Part shown: positions 1 to 14,926 of the stretch, in pieces
How positions within the stretch are numbered: the first letter of the stretch is position 1
Layout: every line of letters begins with the position of its first letter
Source of the DNA: Octopus vulgaris
Lineage: Eukaryota
Length of the DNA: 64,000 bases
Assembly: GCA_951406725.2 (NCBI GenBank)
Contig: OX597822.1
Span: 104,904,001-104,968,000, forward strand
Reading direction: 5' to 3'
Program-made: the position numbers and the translations under genes
The notes under the pieces: model-generated
The model's database searches: none
What the model saw: only the letters and a program-made list of their open reading frames with translations
What the model was told of the DNA's origin: nothing

Positions 1-515
1 AATGATCTTTTCGTTATGGGATTAGGTTTACATTTGTTTCTCGTGTTATGAGATTAGGCTCGAAAGCGAAACCTGTTAACCGTGTTTGCCTGATATTTTG
101 AAATATGTTTGACATATGTATATGAATTGTCTATTTTCACATTTTTCTTTGTTGCGTCTTCTATTTCTTGAGCATATACGGATAACCTGATGTACGGTGC
201 ATTAAGTAGGATTGCTTATAAAGCCAAAATTTAACAAGTCGCTCGACTTAATACCAACCACCTAACACTTGGCGTAGTCCACTCTGTTGCAATTCTTCGG
301 CTCAGGATTTTTTTCGATTTCAAGATTCGTCCTTCTGCCACACTTTTCTAATTAAAATGGTAAAAAGTTAACTGTCTGTCATGTTGCCGAAGATTAGTAT
401 TATAGTCATGATAGTTTATTACCAGTTCTATTTTGAGCATTGAAATGACAGCAGAGCGCAAATGGATTTAGAATATTGTTGCATTATTTTGTTTCTTGTA
501 AGATTGATATATCAT

Positions 516-768
516 GTGGATGCGCGTGGATTAGTGGTTTGGGTGTCAGCACCATGATCGTAAGATCGTGGTTTCGATTCCTGGACCGGGCGACGCATTG
601 TGTTCTTGAGCAAAACACATCATTTCACTTTGCTCCAGTTCACTCATTTGGCAAAAATGAGTAACGCTGCGATGGAGAGGCGCCCTGTCCAACTAGGGAA
701 CAAATACGCCATAGAAACCGGGGAACAGGGCCCATGAGCCTGGCTAAGCTTTAAAAGGGCGCATTAAA
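516..768 (+). mobile_element. tRNA-derived CORE-type SINE (diverged)
   Basis: tRNA-like head (tagtggtt...gtttcgattcc) followed by tgtgttcttgagcaaaacac...ctccagttcactca...aaatgagt, which resembles the MIR/CORE domain; the same domain is at 16374, 42622, 44570 and 48950. Confidence 0.7.
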
Positions 769-1275
769 GATCAAATTATATGATTGATATATGTAGTGTT
801 TTTATTGGTAGCTACACTGCAGGATAAGGTTGCGGCACTTGCTTTTGTTCCTACTGTTATTTTTTTTTAATTGTTGGGTTCAACGAAGACACCCAAGCGG
901 CATCTCTATACAGTGGTGTTTCGCTAGTGTTTGTACCTGAGGATATAAAGAGCAGGATTGGTTACACTGCCCTTATTAGATACATGTAGGTGGCAATGCT
1001 ATGATATGTTGCTATTTTCTTAATTATACAGGACACAACTGAGAAACTTGCGTTTTTTAGCCGATGAGTGATGTGGTATTAATGAAGTTAGGCAGGTTAT
1101 ATCGGTATCCCATTTAGCTAATGTTTTTATTGTATTTAGTAATTACCACTGCGATATAAACAGTTGTACATCGTTCGCTTGTTGCTTAAACAACGTTTAA
1201 CAAGTTGATGACTGGGTTGGGGGGCATACTCTGTATATCTAGTCCCAAGGAGTGAGCAGCGTTGTTGATTTAAAG

Positions 1276-1508
1276 GGGGCGAGCTGGCAGAATCGTTAGC
1301 ACGCCGGGTGAAATGCTTAGCGGTATTTCGTCTGCCGCTACGTTCTGAGTTCAAATTCCGCCAAGGTCGACTTTGCCTTTAACCCTTTCGGAGTCGATTA
1401 AATAAGTACCAGTTATGCACTGGGGTCGATATAAACGGCTTAATCCGTTTGTCTGTCCTTGTTTCTCCCCTCTGTGTTTAGCCCCTTGTGGGCAGTGAAG
1501 AAATAAGG
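1276..1508 (+). mobile_element. tRNA-derived SINE, family A (ggcgagctggcagaa...gtcgactttgcctttcatcctttcggggtcg...aaagaaatagg)
   Basis: Pol III A/B-box-like head (gagttcaaattcc); at least 9 near-identical copies in the window. Confidence 0.85.
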
Positions 1509-1699
1509 ATCATTGTTGATTTATTACGTATAACATATAGCAACAGATGTAGGAAATTTTATCTTTGTGGATGACATCTCTCTCTTTCTTTCTTTCTCTC
1601 TCTCTCTCTTTTTCACTCTCTCTTTCTTTCTCTCTTTTTCTCTCTGACTTTATCTGTCTCTGTCTGTCCGTTTGTCCTTCGCTCTGTAAAGCCGACCAG

Positions 1700-1890
1700 G
1701 TCCACCTCAATGTGATGTCGAGCTTCGGGAGAGCATCCAAACATCTTGTGCGGGGCTTGCCTCGGGATCCCTTCGAGCCGGCAGCAGCTGCGGCGTACGG
1801 CCCTTGTAGGATGATCTGGTGGAAGGCAGAGGAGGATATGTCCGTGCCGGCGCATGCGGAGAATGGCTCTGAGCCGTGAGGCAGCGCGTA
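1700..1890 (-). pseudogene. Decayed RTE-like LINE ORF C-terminus
   Basis: Frameshifted translation R..GHILLCLPPDHPTRA...GKPRTRCLDAL resembles the RTE C-terminal 'W.GH..R....RPRGRP..RW.D' motif. Confidence 0.5.
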
Positions 1891-4332
1891 CCCACGAAGA
1901 ATGTCGTTGGAAATGTAATGGTATAATAAATTTGGTTATAATAATCATAAATGTCGTATGTAATGATGAAAAGATAATGTGTTGTATTTGTAGTTGGAAT
2001 GGATGGAATAGAGGGCGCCACGAGAAACAGATCACGGGTCACTGTTCAGTGGAGCACTGAGTATTATTGAATTCAGAGACGGTGTTTTTACACAAGTTGA
2101 GAAGAAAATACATTGGAATGTCTCCACGTGTTATCAAAAGAAAGGATTTAGATTGACATGGCGTTACAATGGGACAGAGAAATTGTGATAAATCCGATGA
2201 AATTTGTGTGTATATGGTTTGCAGAGACATAATAGTTATTAAAAGAGATGAATTGACTGCTTCAGTATGTCCCAGTTTGTTGGATGTGAGTTTAGGGAGG
2301 ATGGATATTGTTCAGTAACACTAGTTGAGATTAGGAATGTGAGCCTCCATGGGCAATGAAAGGACATTGTCCCAGCTAACTTTTACTGATTCTAAAGGTT
2401 TAGCTGTTTTTCTGTATGAGATGAAAAGAGGATTAGCTGGAGTCTATCGACGTTTCTTCGAACAAGATAACAGCCTTTAATAATTTACTTTTATTTTCGG
2501 TTTGCTAATCTATTATGAAAGACTAGACTAATTTAAAACAAAAATCTTTAATCTTTTTCTAATAGGCCAGTAATAGTTGATACTTAGGAATTAGCAAGTT
2601 AAAGTGGAACCGGGTTTCATTTAGCACAGGGATGGGAGTATTGTTTTCAAGTGAGATTTTGTAACAATGTAATGTATTTTTCGTGGGTTTTAATATAGTT
2701 TTGTTATAAGTTTGTTATGCGTGAAAATAAACGAGAAGTTATTTGCGATTCATCATCAAATGATTAGTCATTCGGATAAGAGATAAAACCAAATCTTTGA
2801 ATTTCGATGAAGTGCATTCAGTTTCACATTACATTCCTCTTCCTTGTTCTCCTGACACACAGAATAACAGAAAAAAACTATGTGGTAGATTCTCCACCAA
2901 TTTCGACGATGCACGACCATCTAACTTTCTACTTGTGAAATTTACTGAATAAACTGTCGATTATTCAACAGCTACGTGTACGCTTTAAGCAAATGTCAGG
3001 CTAAATCAGGTGACACAGTGCGACAGGCTGTAACTTTGTATTGCAGGTAGCATTTAGAGAGAAAGCAAGAGAAGATTGGGAGTGGATTGGCGGTGGATAA
3101 AACACGTCATTTGAACTCAAGAGCGCGGCTAGACGAACTGGCCACACCACTGCGTTCTGCCTCGGGCCGTTAACCATTCTACCAACCGACGGTTGAAAGC
3201 TGTATATGTGATATATATCATTATATGATATAATATAATATAGTATGTATATGCACACAAATATACACACACACGAATATGTTTATGTTTATGTTTTCCA
3301 GTTTCAGCTCTTGAGCTGTGGCCATGCTGGGGCACCGCCATTTTGTATATTATAAATATATAATATATTTATTTATATATGTATCTACGTATATAACAAT
3401 AGAAATATCAATATACGTTAAAACACACATATACACATATATGTATGTGTGAGTGTGTATGTGTGTGAACGTAGTTGGATAAACAGACTCGGATATAAAA
3501 ATAGATTATACATGCATTTGTATATGTTTATGCGAGGGTACGTGTGCGTGTAAAACAGAGTATTCTTCAACGAAAGTGCCGTAATATATTTTCAGGTTTG
3601 TTAGATTATAATTATGTTTAACATAATGGAAAATAACTGCTTATTTGGCTATAAAATTATATTATAATGAGTTTTATTGAAAAAAACATATATGTACATA
3701 AACACATTTAGAGAAAAAAACTATAGAAAATGCCGCGGGGAGGCTTTCATTTGGAACACAAAAACGCAATAGGTTTTTTTTTTTTAAATCACAAACAATA
3801 CGTTTCTTATTTCTCATTAACTTTGCGCTAGTTAACAGGGATTCATTTTACTGAAAGTTAAACAATTCATGCCTTTTTTCTTTTCTTTTCTTTTTGTTTT
3901 TGTTTCTTATCCCCTCTCATTCCATTACTCATCGCTTTGTTGTTAAACTAATATCTGTTATGGCGCATTGAATTTAATGGAAAACAACTCGAAATCACAT
4001 TTTCATCCATGTTGAATCTATGTATTTACTTTCACTTTCTCTCTCTCTCGCTCTCTGCTGTTTTCTTTCTCTCTCACTCTGAATGACTTCCTTCAATTAC
4101 TTCTCACATTATGTCTGTGCGTGTGTGGGCATGTGTGTCGACCTGTGTGTGGATGTGTTTGGATGTACGTTCAGTTTACACCGGGAAAAATTTGATGAAG
4201 AAATCCTTATATATATACTGTCTATTTTTAATAGCAACGAATCTTTGATGTGAATACTTTGGCGCGTTAAATGTTACTTTTTTTATAGACATTCGTTATA
4301 CATGCATATATACACTGACGTATTATGTATGT

Positions 4333-4369
<37 letters not shown>

Positions 4370-4468
4370 AACTAAGAGCTGCAATTTAGGAAAACATTTA
4401 CTTGCTGAAAAGAAAATTAATATTTCCGCTTTAGATAGCATATTTAATCAAGTTGTGGTGCACTGCAA

Positions 4469-4527
<59 letters not shown>

Positions 4528-4742
4528 TTATCGTTATTATTATTGTATGATGTTGGTATTTCATATAGGCCCCATATTCCTGCAGGGTTAAAAGAACTCG
4601 ATTATCATCAAGTAGAATTAAATATTTGTCAGATCAGATAGAAAGGTAACTTTTGATGTTTCATTAATGTTCGAAAATTAACCAAAATCAAAAAAAAAAG
4701 TCTATCACCAATTAATCAGCATTTATTTTATTTGATACCGAT

Positions 4743-4817
<75 letters not shown>

Positions 4818-5279
4818 CGTGTGTGCGCACGTATGTATCAATATGTATGCATGTAATTAAGTTATTCAAATTATGAAAGCAAATTAATATACAACTGTAA
4901 GAATTGACAAATCAGAGGCTGATATCACACATTTTTCAAAATATCTAGCAGAGACGGTTAACACATTTTGATTACAAGGCTTATAATATTTTGACATGTG
5001 GAAGGGAAATAAATTTAATCTCTATAATAAAAATATTCTTTGTGAAAAATATATATAAATATACTATATGTACATACTATATATATATATATATATATGT
5101 GTAAGCATACATACACGCATGCAGATAGGTATGTAAATATACATACGTATATAAAAACATATACCTACCTACATATATACATACATACGTACACACATAG
5201 ATACACAAGTTACATGAATACATACATATATACATGTGTGTGTGTTTCTGTATATCTCACCCACCCACACCTACGCAAC

Positions 5280-5323
<44 letters not shown>

Positions 5324-5665
5324 CGTGAAAGAGCATCGCTTAGGAGTTAGGGTGTTGCGTGTTGCATTCACAATCACAGAGTTATAGGTTTCGCGTTGTG
5401 TTCATGAGCAGGACACTTCGTTTCACGTTGTTTCAATGTGTAACCGTACAACAGACTCCACCCACCTAGCATGCCACGTACCTTCATTCGAAAGCCACCA
5501 CAATGCGAGGTAACACATTGCCGCCATGTGACCAGCTTTGTGAAATAACCTTTGTAATCTGGTCGGAACAGTGAAGTATAATATAATATATATTCATATA
5601 CCATACTTAAACACTTAGTTACACACGTTCATACATGTAAGTCTGCACGAGTGTCTATGAGCATA

Positions 5666-6076
5666 TCTTTACTCTTTACTCTTTTACTGGTTTCAGTCAT
5701 TTGACTGCGGCCATGCTGGAGCACCGCATTTAATCGAGCAACTCGACCCCGGGACTTATTCTTTGTAAGCCCAGTACTTATTCTATCGGTCTCTTTTGCC
5801 GAACCACTAAGTGACGGGGAGATAAACACACCAGCATCGGTTGTCAAGCAATGCTAGCGGGACAAACACAAACATACACGCACACACATACATACATAAA
5901 AATACATATATACGACAGGCTTCTTTCAGTTTCCGTCTACCAAATCCACTCACAAGGCTTTGGTCGGCCCGAGGCTATAGCAGAAGACACTTGCCCAAGG
6001 TGCCACGTAGTGGGATTGAACCCGGAACCATGTGGTTAGTAAACAAGCTACTTACCACACAGCCACTCCTGCGCCT
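5666..6076 (-). mobile_element. tRNA-derived SINE, family C (internal TA/TG microsatellite, (GTAAAAGA)n tail)
   Basis: Reverse complement of the copies at 19908, 38025 and 59843. Confidence 0.85.
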
Positions 6077-6497
6077 ATCTATGTGTCTATGTGTGTTTTC
6101 ATTGAATTGGCAAGCCAGTGTGTACTTCTCGGGAAATAAACTGAATCTTTCTAAACTTGGTACCAACTTTGAGATCCATACCATAATAATTCACCAAAGA
6201 TTAAAGGCCCAAAGAGCCATTAGGTTAAAAGAGAGACGACCGATGAAAAAAAAGATATGTACAAAGACTAATGCAGAATTGATGAATAAAAGAATGATAG
6301 TCTAGTGTGTAGAAGTGAGTAGGAGATACAAATAGGCATCTAAAATGCGGTTTCATTTTGTGACGTCATATCTTATTCGTGTTACATTCTACGTCACATA
6401 CTCTAGTTTTCTCTTTCATTTAATTTTAAAATCAAAACTTGCTTCATATGCCTCCATTAATTTCATTTATACAACTATCTTTCTCTCTCTCTCTCTG

Positions 6498-6718
<221 letters not shown>

Positions 6719-7583
6719 GCGATAATTGCAACCGCAGAGACTGGTCCATCCTAAAAATTATTTCCCTTTATTTTAAAATGTCATACAGTATATTTTAATG
6801 GTTACGATGACCTACACATGTTTCCAATGTAAATATTATGCACAGTTGCTAATTCAACCGGCCATAATTTTCTGTGCAGTTTCGTGCAGTGTCTTTCAAC
6901 CACTTTGGCTGTCATATATATATATATAAGAAAAGTTGCTAGTTATATATATATATATACATGACGAATTTTTTATAGCATTTCATGAGTGTTATTGTAT
7001 ATGCATGTATGAATGCACTTACGTATGGATATAGATAGATAGATATGTACATATATATATATATGTGTATTTATATGTATTTATGCATGTCTATATGTAT
7101 GTATATTATTTCCAGCATGTTCAGTCAAACATTATGTAAAGGCCACTAAATGAAGCGATAAAATATACATTGCCTTGATTTATTTTAATATAATAGTTCC
7201 TGCTTTAGGCACAATATCAAAACTTTTGGTGAAAGGATTTTGAGCCTAATACCTGAGTATTGCAAGACGAAACTATGGTACACCTTTGCTCTGCGTGCAT
7301 GTACATTATAAGTAGATTCAACGTAATATTGAAATAAAAAAATAAATAAATAGATATAAAAGCCATATACGGTACAAAGCACAATTTAAAGATACTTAAT
7401 TCTAAATGGCTGAAATGTGAAAACAATAAAGAATGGAAAAGAGATTGTTGCAGAAAAAAGGAGCAAAACTGAGCAGCTTATAAGAAGTGATACGTAGTAG
7501 GGAAAAGAAAATTAGAGAAGTGTAGTGGAGAGGCACAAACCGTAATGAAATACGGCAAGAAGGGTAAAGGGAAATGTGTGAAC

Positions 7584-7587
<4 letters not shown>

Positions 7588-7652
<65 letters not shown>

Positions 7653-7712
7653 TGTGTGTTAGTGTATGTGTGTATGTGTTTGTCTATTTATCCATCTATC
7701 AACTTGTATGGC

Positions 7713-7766
<54 letters not shown>

Positions 7767-7857
7767 TAACACATGTATGCATATATATATTCACTCATGT
7801 ATACATATGGTTATGTGTATCCAGGTATGTATATATGTATATATATATATATATGAT

Positions 7858-7907
<50 letters not shown>

Positions 7908-8035
7908 TGTGTGTGTATATATGTATGTATATATATATATACATATATATGTATATATTTGTATATATATATACATGTGTGTGTGTGTGTGTGTGTATGT
8001 ATATATGCATATCTATCTATCTACATTTATATATC
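7588..8035. repeat. Compound (TA)n/(TG)n/(CA)n microsatellite field
   Basis: Direct reading. Confidence 0.95.
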
Positions 8036-8768
8036 TATGTGTTGGAAATTGTGTAGCATTTTAAGATGCTGTTGTGTTATGCATAATTTGCAATCCCTCT
8101 CACTCACTCCATTTTCTCTCTCACTAACTTTCTCATTCTCTCTCTCCATATGTGTGTGTCCGGGCATATGTCTGTGTGTGTGAGCGCGCGTGTTTTGAAC
8201 ATACAGAACCGAGAAAAGACTGAGTGATTGATAGTTTGAAGGAAAGAGGGAGAAGGAGGAGAGAGAGGAAATTAGATGGATAGATAGAGCCATTTTCGTG
8301 GCATTTGGTTTCTTAGCGAAATAATTTGTGGATTTTACATCGGTAATGAGTTCTTCAACATCCACAGAAAATATACTTTTTATCCTTCTATACAAATCCG
8401 AAGACGTTGATCTTTAGATTTCTGATAGTGTCCCTCTATTTTTCCGCTCTTACCAGCAATATTTTATGGAGCCTTTCATCTCTCAATCAACTCATTCATC
8501 AGCTCCATGTTATTCTGAAGGTCTGATTGAAGTACTACTAAAACATTGTTTCTATTGATTTTTGCTGCTGTGTTTTACTGCGATGATCGTTAAATCTAGC
8601 TTACAATACTACATCTGCGGCCCCTTTTTTTCCTGCAGTCCCCTTCCCCGCCCGAAACAAGCACATAACACACAAACACACATTCACACGCACATATAAA
8701 AAACTGTCTTCGTACACATTAGATTGTAAATTTGGGCCTCTCATCCATTTACTCATACTACTTGTTGG

Positions 8769-9403
8769 TGTCAACGGTCTAAACTCTGCTACAGTTTAGC
8801 TGACACTGAATTAGCTTCGCTGATTGACAGGCGACGGTGTCGTTTAGAGAATGTGTGGGTTAAGACTACGCGCCTTCATTGGTCAGTTAAAGTCGAGACA
8901 GTGTCACGTGACAACTTGCTGGGGCTGCCTGCTGGAGGCTAGCAGCAGGTATTTAACGGGAAAAGACATTGACAAGGCAGTCAGTTGTCCGTTGACGCTC
9001 GTTGATGCTACATCGAAGAGGCCAGGGAACAGAAGAAGGATGAAGAAAAGAGGCCAACACCAGAGCTGAAGACACCTCCGAAGGGATGGGGGCCCGCCAC
9101 GTCAAAACGGTAGAGGAGTAGGGGCCGAAACCGGACGTGGTTCCTCCTGATGATGTCTTGAGCTAACTGGGTCCTATAAAGGAGCTGTTATGGTAGCAGA
9201 CCACGAAACACGGTTGAAATTCCTCCCATAGTATATTAATAAAGTTTTAAAATTTCCATTCACAAGTCATTTTCGTTATTACAACGTGTGTACGTGTGTG
9301 TCTCATTGAGCCTGGGTTTTTCCCCCACCACCACTTGAAAACTGGGTCCTATAAAGGAGCTGTTATGGTAGCAGACCACGAAACACGGGTGAAATTCCTC
9401 CAC
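8769..9403 (+). mobile_element. Possible solo LTR-like element with an internal ~62 bp direct repeat
   Basis: GC-richer island starting TGTC and ending CACA; AATAAA near 9238; aactgggtcc...gaaattcctcc at about 9166-9227 and 9340-9401; no TSD found. Confidence 0.35.
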
Positions 9404-10772
9404 AACGCGTCATCACTGGACTCGGCTGTTTTTTTTTTCTGCATTAGTCCAATGTATGTGCTTCTCCAGATGGCTTGATTCTAACTTCATGTATATACTT
9501 CCTGTGAATGGGTTAAGCCTGATGAACCTTGTTTTGATGGATGAACTCTCTGGGTGGGCTTTTATGAGTGTCTGGCAGTACGAATACTATCTAGTGTGTT
9601 CTGTTTTGTTCTTTTCATTCACTTTGCTGCTGCACCGATTTTCATTCTGACTATTTAGGCTGTATATCATGTTCCTTATATATTTTTGATGGGTCTGAAT
9701 TTCTAAGGTTTGATCATGATTTCACCACAGATATTGTCATAAGTATTTATTGCACTTTATCTGTGATTACATGTATATCTTTCGCCTTTCTCTCATCAGT
9801 TTTGTGGGCATTGTAACGGATTACGGGCACTACTACGTTTCTTCATGACTTGAAAACTCTGATCTTCACGAATATGTTCTTTCTAAGTAGGGTACTTCTA
9901 TAATATTTTATTGCAATTGAGCCCGCTGTAATATTTTCTTCGCTTTTCTTCGCAAATTATACATGAATTCTCAATTGTCAATACAACGCCTGTGTTTATA
10001 TGGGTTTCCTACTGCTTGGGATTTATGTGAGATGCAACGATAGATTTCACTGAAGTAGCGTTTTATTATTTTTTTTTTTACTAATATCTATATTCCAAAA
10101 CGGAATAGAAATATTTCGAGCAAAATACCCAAGGCATAGCCTTGATAGCCAGATTTACGCCAGAAGTTTCAAATCTCAAGTCAATCCAAATGAAACCAAC
10201 CATTCCGACTCAATAAACTGGAAGTATCACAGTGAACTTCTACAGAGATACATACAACAATATATACAATGATATGTTGCTGTATGTATTTGTAGTTTCT
10301 TTTATTTAGAAACTTCGAGAAATATAATCGCTAATGACATACATTGGTATACACAAGATCTATCTATTCATTATCTGTGATGGAGATGCAGAGTCTCTTT
10401 ATACGGAAATTACACTCTGATTACGGTTGAAATTTTTTTAAATCTTTACTCTTCGTATATTTATTTACTTTTAAAATTCTAGTTGCTCTTGCTTCTACCG
10501 ATGACGTTGATGGTGTGGCTGACGTTGTCGGTGATGATTTTTTTTTGTCAGCCGAGATCAGTTCTAACTAACTAAGCAAGCAGATTTCATTCATAGCTTT
10601 CTCATCCTTATTTCGGATTTAGTATATATCGGATTATATTATCCATTATTATCTCTTTTCAAGACAGATGAATACTGATGGAGATATAGCTGTCATTTTT
10701 TGCAAATTAAATTAGCAGCACTCCACGAAACTTGCTCACTGACAAGTATTATATTTTAAGAATAAAACATAT

Positions 10773-11003
10773 TTCTATTTCTTTACTACCCACAAGGACT
10801 AAGCACAGAGGACAAACAAGGACAGACAAACGGATTAAGTCGGTTATATCGACCCCAGTGCGTAACTGGTGCTTAATTTATCAACCCTGAAAGGATGAAA
10901 GGCAAAGTCGACCTCAGCGGAATTTGAACTCAGAACGTAGAGACAGACGAAATACCTCTAAGCATTTCGCCCGGCGTGCTAACGTTTCTGCCAGCTCGCC
11001 CCC
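10773..11003 (-). mobile_element. SINE family A
   Basis: Full-length reverse-complement copy. Confidence 0.85.
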
Positions 11004-11404
11004 TTTTTGTCATGATCAGTATTGAAATACATTTTGTCATAGATCAGTCCTATAAGGAAACGACATTTCAAACACTACAGTCGCAGATACCCATATGAGT
11101 TCGGGAAAGTCACGGATAGAATGCCTTTGATCACAGGTCTGTTTGAAGTTTTACATAAGAAAATCATAGAAAACCATGCAGAACGTGAAGGTCGAGAATG
11201 GAATGCTTTGGATCATAACGGTACAGTTGATATCGGTGGCATTTGAACTAAAAATGTTAAGATCCAAGACAAATAATGTACGTTTGCTTGTCTGATACTC
11301 GCTTCTTCTGGCAAATGACGAGAATGACAAGTGTTTCTAAGTATGAACATAAATTTGCTAGAGGTGGCTTATAATCAATTAAACCAATCCCAATATATGA
11401 ATAA

Positions 11405-11799
11405 CTAGCAGTATCGCCCGGCGTTGCTCGGGTTTGTAAGGGAAATAACTATATAAGCATTTTTAGAGATGTAAAGTATAATAGCCATCACAATATGGCT
11501 AACCACAAAGGGGGGGGGGGTTACTGTAGCTTTTTACGTTCCGAGATTTAATAACTTTTTAGAGAGTTACTTCCCTTATATATGCCAAAAATGCATTAAA
11601 AATGGGAAAAAATTGATGGTAAATATTTTTTAAATCATAGACTCATCGTAGACGCGCGCTAATACCCAGAAGGGCTCGATATGAATCACGACTATAAGAT
11701 ACCCGGTTTTGGTTAAACTGCACCGCAAAATGTGGGAGTAGTTAGGAATCTAAATCGTAGGAGACAGACAGCACACAAACTCACTTTTATATATAAAGA
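11405..11799 (-). mobile_element. Non-autonomous Helitron (family H1)
   Basis: 5' TC, 3' CTAG, subterminal hairpin cccgagcaacgccggg, A|T insertion site, no TSD. Confidence 0.9.
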
Positions 11800-12615
11800 T
11801 TGGTTCATATCATCTTAACCCTAGTAATAGTGAGAGTAGAGATGAGAAGAGAAGTCAACTGAAGCAGTGTTTAAATCCTATCAGTGTATGATTAATATAG
11901 ATATTTGTTAGTGCTGCAGGCTGACAATGGATGGTTATTGAAGGAAACAAAAGATAAAAGTAAAGTGCAATATGAAAGGGGATTTAGGACGTAATTAAAG
12001 AGAGCAGCAGAAAAGAATCAATTCCAGTGTTAAGTAAGATATTCTGTAATCTTCTGACGAAAAAGCAATTTGAAGAGGAGTTTTGGAATGGAAGTAGTGA
12101 GAATCTAATAACATTGTACCGTGTATCGCTTTGTTAGAATTTAATTATGTTTGTGTTAACACTAGCATAATTTAATTCGGCGTTACAACAAAAAAGAAAA
12201 CGGAAAAATACACTACTTTTATGTGTAGTGTGACCCAGTGGTTCAGACATCCGCTTAGCATTCATGAGAACCTGGAATCGGCCCTTCTGTGTGGCATCAT
12301 AGACAAGCGTCATGTTTGTACAAAACCGGGTTAATTCATGTCTTCTGAATGAAATTAAATAAGGGCGAAAACTGTATGCAAGACCGTCGGATGAATTGCT
12401 CCTACGATTTGAAAGTCTAGCCATGTCACACTACTTCTGATTTCGCTTCAGAATTATGTTTACTGCACACATGCCTGTGGAATACTCAACCATGTACATG
12501 GTAATTCAATAAGATGTCTAATTCACTTCATTGAAACTCGGAATTTCTGAGAGAGATCCAGTATAAGAAGCTAACCATAAATGATTATAGGGTGACTGTT
12601 GTGTGTGTGTGTGTA

Positions 12616-13290
12616 TACGAGGAGTACCCAAAAAATATCCGGAAATTTTCTCTATAGGATAAACCTGTTGTACTTCAAGTCTCCACCGCTAGAAGCCACT
12701 TGATACAATCCTCGGGTAACAGACTGCTGACCAGCGTCGTTAAGTGGTGAAGTACTGCCACATCATGCGTCTTTGTTTTGAGGTGTTTCTCACTTGTTCG
12801 TCGAGTTTAGCGATAACTGAAACGAAGGAACAACATGTTTCCGTAGAATTCTGTTTTCTACTGGGGAAACGGCGGCCGAATCAGTTGTTATGCTTCAAAC
12901 AGCTTTCGAGGACGCTGCCATGAGCAAAATACACATTTACAAAGTGTTTTCCACGCTTTAGGATTGGTCACTTGCCAACCTCGTTCAGGACAACCGTCGA
13001 CTTTCCGAACGGTTGAAAACATCAAGAAAATTCATGAACTGACCTTGGAGGACCGTCACCGAAGAAATGACGAACATGATATGACTGATGTGCCCTGGGG
13101 CTCCTGCCAACAAATTTTGAACGAGGAATTGGTAATGAAAAGAGATGCAGTATGATTTGTGCCTCACTTACTCACGGAAGATCAAAAGCAGTCACGACTG
13201 AATGCGTGTCATGAACTGAAAGAACAGTTGGAAGTTGATCAGGACCCTTTTCCGTAAGTCATTACTGATGCCGAAAGTTGGTGCTACGAA
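12616..13290 (+). pseudogene. Truncated mariner (Tc1/mariner) transposon: left TIR plus decayed transposase N-terminus
   Basis: TA-cgagg TIR start; broken translation EQ..V.FCFLLGK.AAES..MLQTAF, PRSGQPST, FVPHLLTEDQKQSRL and VITDAESWCY (first D of the DDD triad). Confidence 0.85.
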
Positions 13291-13520
13291 AGTTGCAGAT
13301 ACATACATACATATATACATCCGTCCAAGCGTTATCGAAACATAACACAAGGTAGTCAGCATATCCAAATTTATATAGACGAGTGAATTCATATTTTCCC
13401 TCCAAGATTACCATGCGTGTCACAAGATAGTACCACCGAAAGAAAACGGCAGTTTGCGATCAGGTCGAAGAGGCAAAGAGTAGGTTATCTAGTATTTTCA
13501 AATTTATAATTCTCGAAATA

Positions 13521-13576
13521 TTATGCTGATGAAGGAAATGAATTTTTATTATTCTAATCCAGAAACGCGTTCATAA
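13521..13576 (+). ncRNA. Minimal type-I hammerhead ribozyme motif inside a ~540 bp island (13321-13861) that ends in (TA)n
   Basis: ttatg-CTGATGA-a gga...tcc a-GAAA-cgcg-TT-cataa: stem I ttatg/cataa, intact core, palindromic stem III, GUU site; A-A mismatch at the base of stem II. Confidence 0.7.
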
Positions 13577-13860
13577 TTAATCAAAGACTATTTGATTTCG
13601 TTATTTTTTCTTCTTTTAGCCTATGTGAGTTACAAATATTGTTGTCTGTGGAATCATATTTTGTAGTTAAAAGAATTAGCTGTCTTTGGTTGCTATTTCT
13701 AAATTGTCGGTATGTGGTGAAGCAACTTGTTGCTAAACCCTTAATTATATTTATAAATATATATAAAAAGACTTTTTGTACAAGTTTTCACCGATAATGG
13801 TTCTTTTTCCATACCGAAACTACTTGGTAAACTTAATTATTAAATTAATATTTCTTTACG

Positions 13861-13916
<56 letters not shown>

Positions 13917-14464
13917 GTACATGAAAGTGTGTGCATGTGCTGTTATATAACTAATATCATTTTTCATTTCTATCGCAAAAGCGGGAGAAAATCTCCGGTA
14001 GGTTATTGTCAAGTATACTGACAGCGCCGGAGAAATATAGCCTCAATCGTACTTCCCGAAATATTGGTGAAAGATTTCGTAAGCAAATGGATGGCATTGT
14101 CCGGTGTTTTTCTTGAGGTTGTAGAAATGATTAAATATACATAATTCCAAGGTGCCATCCAGTTAGAAAGTTATGATGAAGATATCAGTCAAAATAGTGA
14201 CAAAAATATTTGATGAATAGGTAGTTCAAATTGACATTGACTAAAACTAACAATTATTGTCGATTACGGATAATTTTCATTATTTTTTTTTATGACAAAT
14301 CAGTAACCAACTCCGAACGTGTACCAGGTTTATTCTGACTTCATCTGCAAAGTACTGCTATGACAATATACTAAGAGTAATGATAAACATGATTGTCTAT
14401 TGATTGTTGTAGGAATATAGATTCGTTGGGGATAAGTTATTCTCAAAGTAGGTAGTAAACTTCC

Positions 14465-14857
14465 GGAGGCGCAATGGCCCAGTGGTTAGGGCAGCGGACT
14501 CGCGGTCATAGGATCGCGGTTTCGATTCCCAGACCGGGCGTTGTGAGTGTTTATTGAGCGAAAACACCTAAATGCTCCACGTGCTCCGGCAGGGGATGGT
14601 GGTGATCCCTGCTGTACTCTTTCACCACAACTTTCTCTCACTTTGACTTCCTGTTTCTGTTGTACCTGTATCTCAAAGGGCCGGCCTTGTCACTCTCTGT
14701 GTCACGCTGAATATCCCCGAGAACTACGTTAAGGGTACACGTGTCTGTGGAGTGCTCAGCCACTTACACGTTAATTTCACGAGCCGGCTGTTCCGTTGAT
14801 TCTGATCAACCGGAACCCTCGTCGTCGTAACCGACGGCGTGCTCCCCGCCCCTTTAA
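14465..14857 (+). mobile_element. tRNA-derived SINE, family B, with 11 bp TSD
   Basis: Head ggaggcgcaatggcccagtggttagg...gtttcgattccc; TSD agtaaacttcc at 14454-14464 and 14858-14868. Confidence 0.9.
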
Positions 14858-14926
14858 AGTAAACTTCCCTTTGGGATTGTGAGCTTAACGAGGTGAAGGA
14901 GTACAAGAAATATCAATCGGATACTA

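Noticed and set aside
40-85. gtta...gcgaaacctgttaac as a possible hammerhead
   Set aside because: No recognisable CUGANGA core
6808-6830. Hammerhead 3' half GAAA-catgtg-TA on the minus strand in a (TA)n-flanked island
   Set aside because: No upstream CUGANGA found; kept only as a partial supporting observation
14465-14540. tRNA gene candidates at SINE heads (also 16650-16721, 23762, 59182)
   Set aside because: No convincing cloverleaf; they continue into SINE bodies, several with TSDs
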